DNA from: a virus
Taxonomy: Duplodnaviria; Caudoviricetes
Reading direction: 5' to 3' (one strand)
Virus record (IMG/VR): IMGVR_UViG_3300011339_000552
Location: 1 to 35,780 of that record
DNA: 35,780 bases
The notes under the pieces are model-generated. The model did not search any database, had not been told where the DNA came from, and was given only the letters and a program-made list of their open reading frames with translations. Position numbers and translations under genes: made by a program. This document shows positions 9,127 to 18,064 of this stretch, piece by piece (the stretch's first letter is position 1; each line of letters opens with the position of its first letter).

Positions 9127-10150
9127 TTAATAACTCCGCCAACTCTGCAAGCTTTTGTTCTGCATACGTTGGCTCCTTTTTTTCTATTGGATATTCAAAA
9201 AATCCCTCAACAGAAAATCCTTTTACTTTGCCCTCTTTTATAAGCTGCCATGCTTGCTCATTCTCAACATAAAAGCTACCAAACCAGCTACCATCTTTTG
9301 CATCTTCAAATCCTTTCATTGGTTGTATGCCACGCTCTTTGTCAACTATAAATGACTCAAACATTATTAAACCATCCAAAGTCATAGACTTGTCATGCAT
9401 TAAATTCACCTTGTCTTGATATCCTTTCTTGCTAAATTTGATTGCAATATCTTTAATTGTATCTGCTGGGAATGTTACAAAATGCTCGCCAAACTTTTTA
9501 TTGTTGCGATAGATAGGCTTATCTGCTAACATGATCGGCCCAGATATAATGTGCTTATCTTCATCTTGAATTGCAAACTCCATGCTTGCTGCTTTAAAAT
9601 CTTCATTATTCATTTTAGACTCGCACCAGTTTAACATAGGATCACCACCCCAAAGCAAATAACTAATTGTGCCACAAGCCTCGCTATCGCTTGGATTGTA
9701 GTATTCCTTAGCACGGCTTAAGTAAGAATATGTGCGCTTAATTGTTTCTTTGCTTAGATTCTCGCCTTGCATAATTTGCTGCGCTCTTACCTTGCCTACT
9801 TGTGTTGCACATTTATTGCCAAGTTTCTCATTTAATTTTATGCCTCTCTCTGCGTTATTTTTTGCTGATTCTGGATAATCATTGTATGACTCTTCTGCAA
9901 AGTGTTGTTCCCAGATTGAATTGCAAATCGCAACCGCTTGCTCGCTTTCTTTGCCTTCATTAATTACATAACTTATGCATCTAGGTAAAAAAGCATCTTT
10001 GCCTTCACCTTTGCTTGGCTCAATAAAATCTTGACTAAAAGCTACAAAGTCACGCTGGATCGCTGGCTTATCTACAAGTGCAATAAATGACACCTCAGCA
10101 TCATCTTGCAAATCTTCTTGTATTCTTAATTCATAAATAGGTAAATTCAT
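9104..10150 (-). CDS. Prohead serine protease (XkdF-like) with inserted domains
   Basis: ALVDKPAI at the N-terminus, then IISGPIMLADKPIYR, NLMH and GKVKGFSVEG, interrupted by a ~140-aa insert. Confidence 0.8.
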   Translation of the reverse strand: MNLPIYELRIQEDLQDDAEVSFIALVDKPAIQRDFVAFSQDFIEPSKGEGKDAFLPRCISYVINEGKESEQAVAICNSIWEQHFAEESYNDYPESAKNNAERGIKLNEKLGNKCATQVGKVRAQQIMQGENLSKETIKRTYSYLSRAKEYYNPSDSEACGTISYLLWGGDPMLNWCESKMNNEDFKAASMEFAIQDEDKHIISGPIMLADKPIYRNNKKFGEHFVTFPADTIKDIAIKFSKKGYQDKVNLMHDKSMTLDGLIMFESFIVDKERGIQPMKGFEDAKDGSWFGSFYVENEQAWQLIKEGKVKGFSVEGFFEYPIEKKEPTYAEQKLAELAELLKVPLSIK

Positions 10151-10185
10151 ACTTAATAAATATTTTTAATGCCGTTTAGGTACTT
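10151..10185 (-). promoter_or_regulatory. Candidate late promoter, copy 2
   Basis: AAGTACC-N16-TATTTATTAAGT-ATG upstream of the protease gene. Confidence 0.6.
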
Positions 10186-11772
10186 TTAGCTGATCCTTGC
10201 GGCTCTGTTTAATCTTACGATCCTTTCTTGATTGCCACTCACATCACTTTCTACAACGTATGCTCTAGCTGCCACATTACCTATTTGGTTAACTTGCGCT
10301 TGATTTAAAGTAGTAGTTTGTAAAGATGGCGAAAGTGGAGCAATTGTGCTTACACTAGGAATTGATGGCGCACCAAAGCTAGGCATTGAAATTCCGCTTC
10401 CGCCTTTTACTTGAGTCATTACGCTCTTTGCTCTACTAGCTGCTGCAAGTACTGCTGCAATTTGAGTGGCATAAAAAATAGGAAATGCAAAAGGTGCTGC
10501 TGGGCCAGTTGCTTTTGCACCTTTTTGTGCAATGTCTAAGCCTTGAATAAATCCAACGCCAGTGCCTATTGCTATCTCTGCAAGACCAGCAATCTTTGCG
10601 GCAGTAGTACCTTTCTCAAATAATGCAGATAAGCCGCCAGCAATATTACCGATAGCATTTGCAAGACCTAATTTTGCTTGCAACTCTGCATCCGCAAGTG
10701 CAATTTTTTTAGCAGTTGCATCCTCTTCTACTTTTAAAAGATCTTGTTGTAATTTAGTATCAAAATCATTATAAGCTTTAGCTTCTGCTGCTGCTTTCTC
10801 TAGCCTTTCAGTTTCTTTAGCATCTTGCTCATCTTCAATTTCAATAAGTCTTTGTTGTAATTCAGTGTCAAACTCTTCATAAGCTTTAGCATCTGCTGCT
10901 GCTTTCTCTAGTCTTGCTTTCTCTTCTGCGTCTTTTTTTTCTTGCGCTGCTTTCCTTTCTGCCGCTTGCTTTTCATTAAATGCTTTTTGATCAGCTAATC
11001 TTTTTTCTTGCTCTGCTCTTTCTGTATCAGTTAACTCTTTAGATCCAGCAATAAATCTTTTATTTGCAGCTTCATATCTAGTGCCGAACTCAGTGACAGA
11101 CTTTTTAGCATCATCCCACGCACCACTAAAGTCACCACTTATAAACTTTTTAACTGCTGATCCCACAAGGCCAAGACCTTGCAAGAATGAACTCATAGCA
11201 GAATAAGCCACTTTAAAGCCATCTGTGACATAAGGCAATGCCTTAGTAGCAAGATCAATAAAGGCATCTATTAAAGGCTCCATTGCTCCTAAAATGCCAT
11301 TTAAGATCCTACCAAATTGAGTCATGATCGGCTCAAGTTTTTTCATTGCACCTTCATTCTTTGCAAATGCAGCCGCTAGTCCAGCAACTAAACTAACTAG
11401 CAATCCAATACCAGTTGCTTTAAGTGCAGCACTAAATGATGTTGTTGCAACCTTTGCTCTGTTAAGCGCGGCTCCTACCATTCCTAGTGGCCCACCAGCA
11501 CTCTCTAAGGTATCAATCCAATCGCTAGATGCTTTTTTAGATCCTTTAATTTTATCCTCTAAATCATCAATTTGACTAAAAAGCTTATCAAATTCCTCGG
11601 AGCCAGCAGCCGTATTTTTTAACTGCTTTTTTAATTCTTTAAGCTGGGCAATACTACCTTCTGTGGCATTGCCAACACCTTGTATGTCATCTTTTAAACC
11701 TTTAACTTCTTTTTCTGCACCGCCGGTGTCAACTTTAATCTCGGCGGCAATTGTTGTCTTTTTAGTTGCCAT
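10186..11772 (-). CDS. Tape measure protein
   Basis: 528 aa, Ala/Lys/Glu-rich helical protein with coiled coils and hydrophobic segments (ATGIGLLVSLVAGL); C-terminal AYVVESDV motif. Confidence 0.8.
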   Translation of the reverse strand: MATKKTTIAAEIKVDTGGAEKEVKGLKDDIQGVGNATEGSIAQLKELKKQLKNTAAGSEEFDKLFSQIDDLEDKIKGSKKASSDWIDTLESAGGPLGMVGAALNRAKVATTSFSAALKATGIGLLVSLVAGLAAAFAKNEGAMKKLEPIMTQFGRILNGILGAMEPLIDAFIDLATKALPYVTDGFKVAYSAMSSFLQGLGLVGSAVKKFISGDFSGAWDDAKKSVTEFGTRYEAANKRFIAGSKELTDTERAEQEKRLADQKAFNEKQAAERKAAQEKKDAEEKARLEKAAADAKAYEEFDTELQQRLIEIEDEQDAKETERLEKAAAEAKAYNDFDTKLQQDLLKVEEDATAKKIALADAELQAKLGLANAIGNIAGGLSALFEKGTTAAKIAGLAEIAIGTGVGFIQGLDIAQKGAKATGPAAPFAFPIFYATQIAAVLAAASRAKSVMTQVKGGSGISMPSFGAPSIPSVSTIAPLSPSLQTTTLNQAQVNQIGNVAARAYVVESDVSGNQERIVRLNRAARIS

Positions 11773-11778
11773 GCTTTA

Positions 11779-12744
11779 TTATTTTAAACAAGTGTTTTGT
11801 GCAACTTGTCTTATTAGGTTAGTATAATTATATGATCCAAAGGTCTCATTGTACTCAGTATTCATCACATCTTGATAAGGCAATTTATCTGTATAAGCGC
11901 CTTTGTAGAATATATTATGATTTTTACCAATGTCATAAGTCACCCCAGAATTGTGAAAAATATCACACTTGCTCCATTTGTCAATTGGATCTGTACCCCA
12001 GCAAAAATCTAGTCTTGGCGTTATTTTTACATCAAGATCATGGTACCAGCAATTCCAAAGCATACCCCACATGCCGGCAGTAAACTGCTGGATGCCGTAA
12101 TAGCTTGGATTTTTTTGCACTCTTAATGGCTCGCTCTTTTGAAAATAATCATATAAAGCAACGCTATCGCTCTCAACCTTTTGCCAGAATTTATAATCAG
12201 TATTTTTAAAAATGTATTGAGATCCGCCACTATGCAATCTGTGCTTTATTGGCACGCTATAATCTAAGCCTACAATGTCGCACATATCTTCATAAAGGTC
12301 TTGACCTTTCTCTAGAATATAATCGCTCCAGATAAAGCTTTTTGAGTCGCTTACATAGCAGCTATCATCTTGCTCAAGATCACTAAAATCTACTGGCTTT
12401 GTGAAGATCATATCGCAGTCATGCAAAAAGACATTTTCCATTTGCAAATAAGGATAAGCTTGATAATGCTGCTTGACTGCATTCATGATCACACTAGGTA
12501 TGTAAGTAGGCATGACGCGAGTATCTTTGTATTCAAAGAAAGCTATTGTGTTAAATTTCTCTTTTAACCTTTCATACATAGCAGTAGTCTCTGGCCAGTT
12601 AGTCTTATCATTTTGATCTTTACTAACAGATAGCAAGACATGAATCTTGTCATCTGGTATGCCCACCGACTTAAAGTTGGTGAGCATAACTTCTAAATGC
12701 CATGCATAATAAACTATCTTAGGTTGTGTGCAAATATATATCAT
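11779..12744 (-). CDS. Glycosyltransferase (GT-A fold, DxD), resembling peptidyl-Ser/Hyp O-glycosyltransferases (GT96/GT95-like)
   Basis: VFLHDCDMIFTKPV carries the DxD. N-terminal YYAWHLEVMLTNF..G.P...IHVLLS, GGSQY, FTAGMWG and IFHNSG motifs. Confidence 0.7.
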   Translation of the reverse strand: MIYICTQPKIVYYAWHLEVMLTNFKSVGIPDDKIHVLLSVSKDQNDKTNWPETTAMYERLKEKFNTIAFFEYKDTRVMPTYIPSVIMNAVKQHYQAYPYLQMENVFLHDCDMIFTKPVDFSDLEQDDSCYVSDSKSFIWSDYILEKGQDLYEDMCDIVGLDYSVPIKHRLHSGGSQYIFKNTDYKFWQKVESDSVALYDYFQKSEPLRVQKNPSYYGIQQFTAGMWGMLWNCWYHDLDVKITPRLDFCWGTDPIDKWSKCDIFHNSGVTYDIGKNHNIFYKGAYTDKLPYQDVMNTEYNETFGSYNYTNLIRQVAQNTCLK

Positions 12745-12753
12745 ATTATTTTT

Positions 12754-15700
12754 TTATGGACATGATCCGTCAAACATTGAGATTGTTATTGTGCCACCAT
12801 CTGCTACAACTTGACCGGCAAATGTTCTACTTGTTGATGTTGCACTTATACAACTAAGATTTGATGATGTATCTATAACCTCAACAGAGTCGCCACTTAC
12901 ATTTGTGTAAGATACAACTATTGTTCTAGATGCACCAGTTTGTGTAGTTGTAGCGCTTGCACCAGCACCAGCAACTATTGGGAATGTTGCACCACTAACT
13001 TGCACTCCATTAATAGTTATATTTGTTATTGAGGTACCAGCCGTGTCATTAGCAATATCAACAAAAGCATAACCTATCGTTGTAGTAGTTGTTGTTGTGC
13101 TGGTAGTTGTTGTTGTAGGCGGAGGAGTTGTAGTAGTTGTTGTTGTACTAGTAGTTGTTGTTGTAGTTGTAACACAATTTACAACCGCTCCAGAACTTAC
13201 ACCTTTATTGCCAAGATCATCCATGATTGCTACATAGTATGTTGCATTTGCAAGCATAGTATATGTATATTCAGTAGCACCTCCTAAAAAGTCTCTAGTA
13301 GCTGAATTGTCTAATCTACTAAGTGCATCACTGCTTGATGTTGAACTTATAGAAATATATTCAAAACTTTCACTACCTCCGCTAAAACCATTAGCAGTAA
13401 TAGTTCCAGTTCCAGCACCGCCAGTACATCCCGGAGTCGCATTTAATGTAATTGCAGCATAAGTAGTAGTAGTAGTAGTAGTACTTGTAGTAGTAGTTGT
13501 TGCCTCCGTTGTAGTAGTTGTTGTTGTGCTAGTAGTTGTTGTAGGCGGAGGCGTTGTAGTAGTTGTTGTTGTACTAGTAGTAGTAGTTGTAGGCGGAGCC
13601 GTTGTAGTAGTTGTTGTTGTACTTGTTGTAGTTGTAGTAGTAGTTGGTGCTGGACATGTTTGACATGTTGACTCCGTCCATACTGCTACAAATTGACCAC
13701 CTTCAATGATAATAGTAAATCCTCTGCTAGTTCCGCTACATTCACTTAACCAGAAATTGCCAGTGATTGTGCCATTGGCAATTAAAGTACTAGTTAATTT
13801 AGTTGCAGTGCAAAGCGTATTGCCACCAGCTAAAATAGTAAATGTCTCTACTGGTCTAGATGGATTTGGACATACTACGTTACACACATCATAAGCACTT
13901 GTCATGCTATAAGACGCGACAAAAGTAGCTAGCGTTGTTGTTGTAGTTGTAGTGCTTGTTGTAGTTGTAGTTGTAGTAGTTGATGGTGTAAAGTCAGTAC
14001 CAACTGCATCAATCACTCTAAGTAGATCGACCTTTGTTGTGTCATTAGTCTCTGGACTATAATCATACACTTTTATAAGTCTATAAAGTCCGCCATCAAT
14101 AAAATAATACTTTGCAAAATCTATGTTAAATATGTCTAATTCCGTTAAATCAAAAAAGCCGGTTAGTAAACGGCTATCTTTATCTGTGATCTCTGCCATA
14201 TAAGGCGAGTAGTAAACATTAAATAAGTTGTAGCTTAAGTCACCACTTGTCAAGTTAAAAAACAATTGTTGTGGTGCGCCAAAGTTTATGTCAATGTTTG
14301 GTGTTGTTGGATTGTTTAAATGCCCACAAAATAAATAGGCAGTATTTGATCCTAAGTTAGTGGCTCCGTTTAAAATGCTCCAGTTTGCAACACCACTTAT
14401 TTTGTTAATCTGCATAATACGCATGATGTGATCCATAGGATCCTCTTTAGTATTATTGTCCGATTTTTTATAAATAGCTGGGAATACTTTGTCAGTTGTA
14501 CTTGTACCAAACAAAGGTGACGATGCAAATATTACATCAACGCTTTCAGTATCCTTTGCAAATTCAAGACCATTATCGTACACCCTATCACCATATCCCT
14601 CATTAAATTTCTTACGATAGTCCTCATTATAAAAATCATTATCTTGTTTATATTTAAAATTATAATATCTAGCATTGATCTCACTCATTGGCTTGATCTT
14701 AATCGCTTTGCTATGATCTAGCTTGTTACTCCAATCAACAATTGTACCAGTATAAAAGTCAACATAAGGCTTGATCACTAGATGATTTGTCTTGTATTTA
14801 TCTTCAATGATCATCAAATTATACATCTTCATGATCGATGTCACAAAGTCTTTTTGAAATATACCTTTTGGTATTGTATTATTGATCACCATTGTATCAC
14901 CTAATTCAATAGGTGCAGTTGTTGCAACATCGTTTATGACATTTATTGTACTTTCGCTCACATTAACCTCATCACCAATATCAAGTATGCAGCTTGTCCT
15001 TACTCTTAAAGTATCATTTGTTGCTAGTGTAACAGATAAAGATTTATTATAATAAAGCAAATCAGTGCCATTATAAGTTTGACTTGATCCAGATATTGCA
15101 ACTCCATTTTTTAAGACTGCTATTGTTAATGGCCTATTAGCTAAAATGTAATCTCCAAAAAGTTCTATTGTTAAATTACTAGTTAAAGTAGGAGTGCCAG
15201 TATAAGTGAATGTAGTATCGCCAGCACTTGCAGTAAATAAAGAGCCTACCTTAGTCTCATAACTTACAAAGTCTTGCGATCCACCAGTATTCATTGATTG
15301 CGCTATTGCCTTTGATAAAGCAAGCACATTGCTAGTTTGTTTAGTTAATTGCTTTGAATTGTTAGGTACTATTAACTTTCTAAAATCGCTAGTATTAAAC
15401 AAGTCGCATTCATAAGTGTAGCCACTGCCAGTGAAAATCTTATCTAGATACTCACGCACAAATAATGCCGGCTTGAATGTCTTATATTGAAAATTTACTT
15501 TGTCAGTACTTACATTGCCATAGTCAATCAAAGGATAGCAATAGCTAGTGCTGCCGCTTGTATTCCAGCTTGCCACAATATTAGCATAAGAGTATGTGTG
15601 ATCATAAGCGCTAAAGTCTAAGTCCTCAAGTCTTTTATTGCCAAGTGCATTTATAAATCCGCCTAATTCACCAAACAATGCGCACTCGTATTCAACCGCT

Positions 15701-16026
15701 CCGTCAACATGTACGATCTCAAGTAAGCGCAAAACACCTTTCATGATCTGCAATCCGTCAATCTCTATGCGTGCCGATGCGTTACGCGCTGCGTTAAAAT
15801 TAGCCAGAACATTTGGATCTAGAGGATTGTCAAAGTTAGCATTGTTAAAATCAAAGATATTGCCTAGCAATTTGTTATTGTTAGCAGTTCCGGGCAATAC
15901 TATTGTCTTTGTAAAACTAGTACTTTTGCTATCTAGGTTTTGTAGATCATCAATGGCATAAGTTATTTGATTGCTTAAGCCTTGCGTCAAATCAAGTTCA
16001 TATCCTTCAATAAATATTCTAGTCAT
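12754..16026 (-). CDS. Large tail (tip/hub-like) protein with C-terminal mucin-like Thr tracts and adhesin-like domains
   Basis: The N-terminal ~680 aa is tail-protein-like (SFTKTIVLPGTANNNKLLG, YCYPLIDYG, IMKMYNL, YRLIKVYDY). The C-terminal ~410 aa has three poly-Thr tracts separated by Cys-containing domains. Confidence 0.85.
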   Translation of the reverse strand: MTRIFIEGYELDLTQGLSNQITYAIDDLQNLDSKSTSFTKTIVLPGTANNNKLLGNIFDFNNANFDNPLDPNVLANFNAARNASARIEIDGLQIMKGVLRLLEIVHVDGAVEYECALFGELGGFINALGNKRLEDLDFSAYDHTYSYANIVASWNTSGSTSYCYPLIDYGNVSTDKVNFQYKTFKPALFVREYLDKIFTGSGYTYECDLFNTSDFRKLIVPNNSKQLTKQTSNVLALSKAIAQSMNTGGSQDFVSYETKVGSLFTASAGDTTFTYTGTPTLTSNLTIELFGDYILANRPLTIAVLKNGVAISGSSQTYNGTDLLYYNKSLSVTLATNDTLRVRTSCILDIGDEVNVSESTINVINDVATTAPIELGDTMVINNTIPKGIFQKDFVTSIMKMYNLMIIEDKYKTNHLVIKPYVDFYTGTIVDWSNKLDHSKAIKIKPMSEINARYYNFKYKQDNDFYNEDYRKKFNEGYGDRVYDNGLEFAKDTESVDVIFASSPLFGTSTTDKVFPAIYKKSDNNTKEDPMDHIMRIMQINKISGVANWSILNGATNLGSNTAYLFCGHLNNPTTPNIDINFGAPQQLFFNLTSGDLSYNLFNVYYSPYMAEITDKDSRLLTGFFDLTELDIFNIDFAKYYFIDGGLYRLIKVYDYSPETNDTTKVDLLRVIDAVGTDFTPSTTTTTTTTSTTTTTTTLATFVASYSMTSAYDVCNVVCPNPSRPVETFTILAGGNTLCTATKLTSTLIANGTITGNFWLSECSGTSRGFTIIIEGGQFVAVWTESTCQTCPAPTTTTTTTSTTTTTTTAPPTTTTTSTTTTTTTPPPTTTTSTTTTTTTEATTTTTSTTTTTTTYAAITLNATPGCTGGAGTGTITANGFSGGSESFEYISISSTSSSDALSRLDNSATRDFLGGATEYTYTMLANATYYVAIMDDLGNKGVSSGAVVNCVTTTTTTTSTTTTTTTPPPTTTTTSTTTTTTTIGYAFVDIANDTAGTSITNITINGVQVSGATFPIVAGAGASATTTQTGASRTIVVSYTNVSGDSVEVIDTSSNLSCISATSTSRTFAGQVVADGGTITISMFDGSCP
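13078..13983 (-). repeat. Three Thr-rich coding tracts (13078-13170, 13462-13644, 13933-13983) made of seven T(4-8)-S-T7 units
   Basis: Read from the DNA: T8ST7; T7ST7-APP-T5ST7-PPP-T4ST7-EA-T5ST7; T7ST7-PPP-T5ST7. That is 90 Thr with mixed ACA/ACT/ACG/ACC codons. Confidence 0.95.
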
Positions 16027-16027
16027 A

Positions 16028-17158
16028 TTATCTTAATTGGCTAAAGCGTGTTTGATTAATGTCAATTTCTACCTCAAAAACTCTTAATCTATTGTTGACA
16101 TATTTGCTATATTCAAAATTAGTATTTCTAATGCTTACTGGATAAAAATAACCATCTAACTCAAAGTAAACTTGCGGTGAGTCAATTAACTCTGCAAGCC
16201 ACTCATATTGACTATCTGTTGGCGCATTCATTGTAAGCTTATATGCATGATCCTTTTTATTTAGATAGTTCACCTTGCTATCAACATACTTTTTATTGGC
16301 ATCATAGTAAGTAACAGATGACGCGCCTAAAGTGTAGTCTCTTTTTTCAAAAGACTTTTTTTGCACCTCCATTGTTAGCCTAGATGCTAGATCAAACTTG
16401 GCAGTGTCAAACATGCCCAAATGATTCATAAAATGTAGGTTGTAGCTTGTATATTTAGGATTGCACTCCATGTTAACTCTATATGTGCTAGTGCCTATTG
16501 TGATTGTGTAGTATTTAACAGATGATGTGATCACGGCAGTAGGGTTGTTTAATGCCGGCGATCCTACATTAAGCTGCGCAAATGCCTTTGTGCCACCTAG
16601 GCTATAAATAGTGTCTGCAATCTTTACATTGCTAAAATTATAAGTTGACACAACAAGTCCGCTCACATCCTTTGCGCCTATGTAGATATTGTCACCTAGT
16701 GCTGCGTTTATTTCGTTTGGCCTATTGCTTAATGCCTTGCCATTGTATGCCGTTAAGTCTGCCACCTTTCTCTCAAATGTCGGAGCCACAAAATTGTAAG
16801 CAGTTACGTTGCCACTTGCTAGGTTTAAATAAGTCACGCCGCTATATTCCTCGCCGATCCTATATTGATAAGTTTGACCTATTTGTCCGCTTACATTTGG
16901 CTCGCACATTAATACGTTTGTGTTAGGTGTTAGCCACTGGTAAGTCATTGTGTTGCGCACAATAGGGCCAGCGTCAAAATACCCGATGCCGGTCACTGGC
17001 TCTGGGTAAAGCTTAACTCTTACTTGCTGCACACCGCCAACGTAAAGATCAACAACATATTTCAAGTCTATGCTTGTTATGTTTGAGTCAAAGATATGCC
17101 AAAGCGTGTCTTGCACCGATGGTGATCCGCTCGGATATGCTAAATTAGTTATTGCCAT
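16028..17158 (-). CDS. Tail structural protein
   Basis: 376 aa beta-rich; FMNHLGMFDT and WLAELIDSPQVY motifs; directly upstream of the large tail protein. Confidence 0.7.
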   Translation of the reverse strand: MAITNLAYPSGSPSVQDTLWHIFDSNITSIDLKYVVDLYVGGVQQVRVKLYPEPVTGIGYFDAGPIVRNTMTYQWLTPNTNVLMCEPNVSGQIGQTYQYRIGEEYSGVTYLNLASGNVTAYNFVAPTFERKVADLTAYNGKALSNRPNEINAALGDNIYIGAKDVSGLVVSTYNFSNVKIADTIYSLGGTKAFAQLNVGSPALNNPTAVITSSVKYYTITIGTSTYRVNMECNPKYTSYNLHFMNHLGMFDTAKFDLASRLTMEVQKKSFEKRDYTLGASSVTYYDANKKYVDSKVNYLNKKDHAYKLTMNAPTDSQYEWLAELIDSPQVYFELDGYFYPVSIRNTNFEYSKYVNNRLRVFEVEIDINQTRFSQLR

Positions 17159-17814
17159 TATTTATTACTTTTATTCAAATTAATTCTCTCAAATGTGATC
17201 ACAATGTCCGATCCAACCGCCTCTGCCATCTTAACCTCAAAATTCTCAAAGGTCTTATTAAAAGCATCCGTGAAATAGTTTGTTGTCTTTATACCAAATC
17301 TCTTAATCAAATAAGCCAGTGTGTCAACTTGCCTATCAATTAAAGATCCTTTTTTACTAAAGCTTACGCCTATTTTTTCGCCGCCTTTACCTAATGCCTT
17401 GTCATTCATCACGCTTGTGATCTTAGCCTTCCCACTCTGTATGTATCTTTTTAGAGATGCTCGGCCGCTCTCTGGCATGCCATAGTTCTTGTATTTATAT
17501 GGTGAATTTGGTGCATTGCTTGAACTATTAACACCTCTTACCCCTTCATTTGGATAGTCATAATAATCAAGCATTCTAAGTCTAAAGATACTTGCACCAG
17601 TTTCATCAATGATTTCTGGGATCATATTACTAAGCAATTCACCACTACCGACTACACCTTTATTGTTACCAAAGTAACTAATATTTTTTAGCAACTCTTC
17701 GCCATATTGCTCAAGCACACCATTGACTACACCAAACTCTACGATGTCGGTGCCGCCAAGATCGCCACCTTCTTTAAGAAAGTCTGCTTGTGCTTTGTTT
17801 ATATTGATACTCAT
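17158..17814 (-). CDS. Putative neck / tail completion protein
   Basis: 218 aa; SGELLSNM, YYDYPNEGV and IKRFGIKTTNYFTDAF resemble HK97 gp10-like proteins. Confidence 0.5.
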   Translation of the reverse strand: MSININKAQADFLKEGGDLGGTDIVEFGVVNGVLEQYGEELLKNISYFGNNKGVVGSGELLSNMIPEIIDETGASIFRLRMLDYYDYPNEGVRGVNSSSNAPNSPYKYKNYGMPESGRASLKRYIQSGKAKITSVMNDKALGKGGEKIGVSFSKKGSLIDRQVDTLAYLIKRFGIKTTNYFTDAFNKTFENFEVKMAEAVGSDIVITFERINLNKSNK

Positions 17815-18064
17815 CTAGTTGCTTTTTGCTTTTTAAATAGGACAAATCGTTTAAAAATTGTATAACCGGTAGATCATAAACCTTATCTAAAGATATTGAT
17901 TCAAAATCAGCTACCTCTTTTGCATTGTAGATCCATCCCCAATTACTTGCAAAATTCTCTTCAATTGTTGCACTCTTCTTTTGTTCACCTTCCTCAAATT
18001 CATCTCGCTGATCAAACAATCCATCGTATTGCTCGTTGAATGTTTTAAGACTTGATAAAAAAAA
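17774..18064 (-). CDS. Frameshift extension (gpT-like) of the tail assembly chaperone
   Basis: The -1 frame is open from the T9 run at 18057-18065 to the stop at 17774: FLSSLKTFNEQYDGLFDQRDEF...NWGWIY...FLNDLSYLK. Confidence 0.7.
   Translation of the reverse strand, partial: FFLSSLKTFNEQYDGLFDQRDEFEEGEQKKSATIEENFASNWGWIYNAKEVADFESISLDKVYDLPVIQFLNDLSYLKSKKQLDEYQYKQSTSRLS

Noticed and set aside
8631-9272. 213-aa plus-strand ORF
   Set aside because: Antisense to the scaffold and protease genes; its Ser-rich composition is typical of a shadow frame.
13078-13983. Thr tracts as assembly artefact or neutral microsatellite
   Set aside because: Mixed synonymous codons, a preserved reading frame and a regular S-T7 pattern argue for a real protein-level repeat. 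Exact unit number still needs read support.
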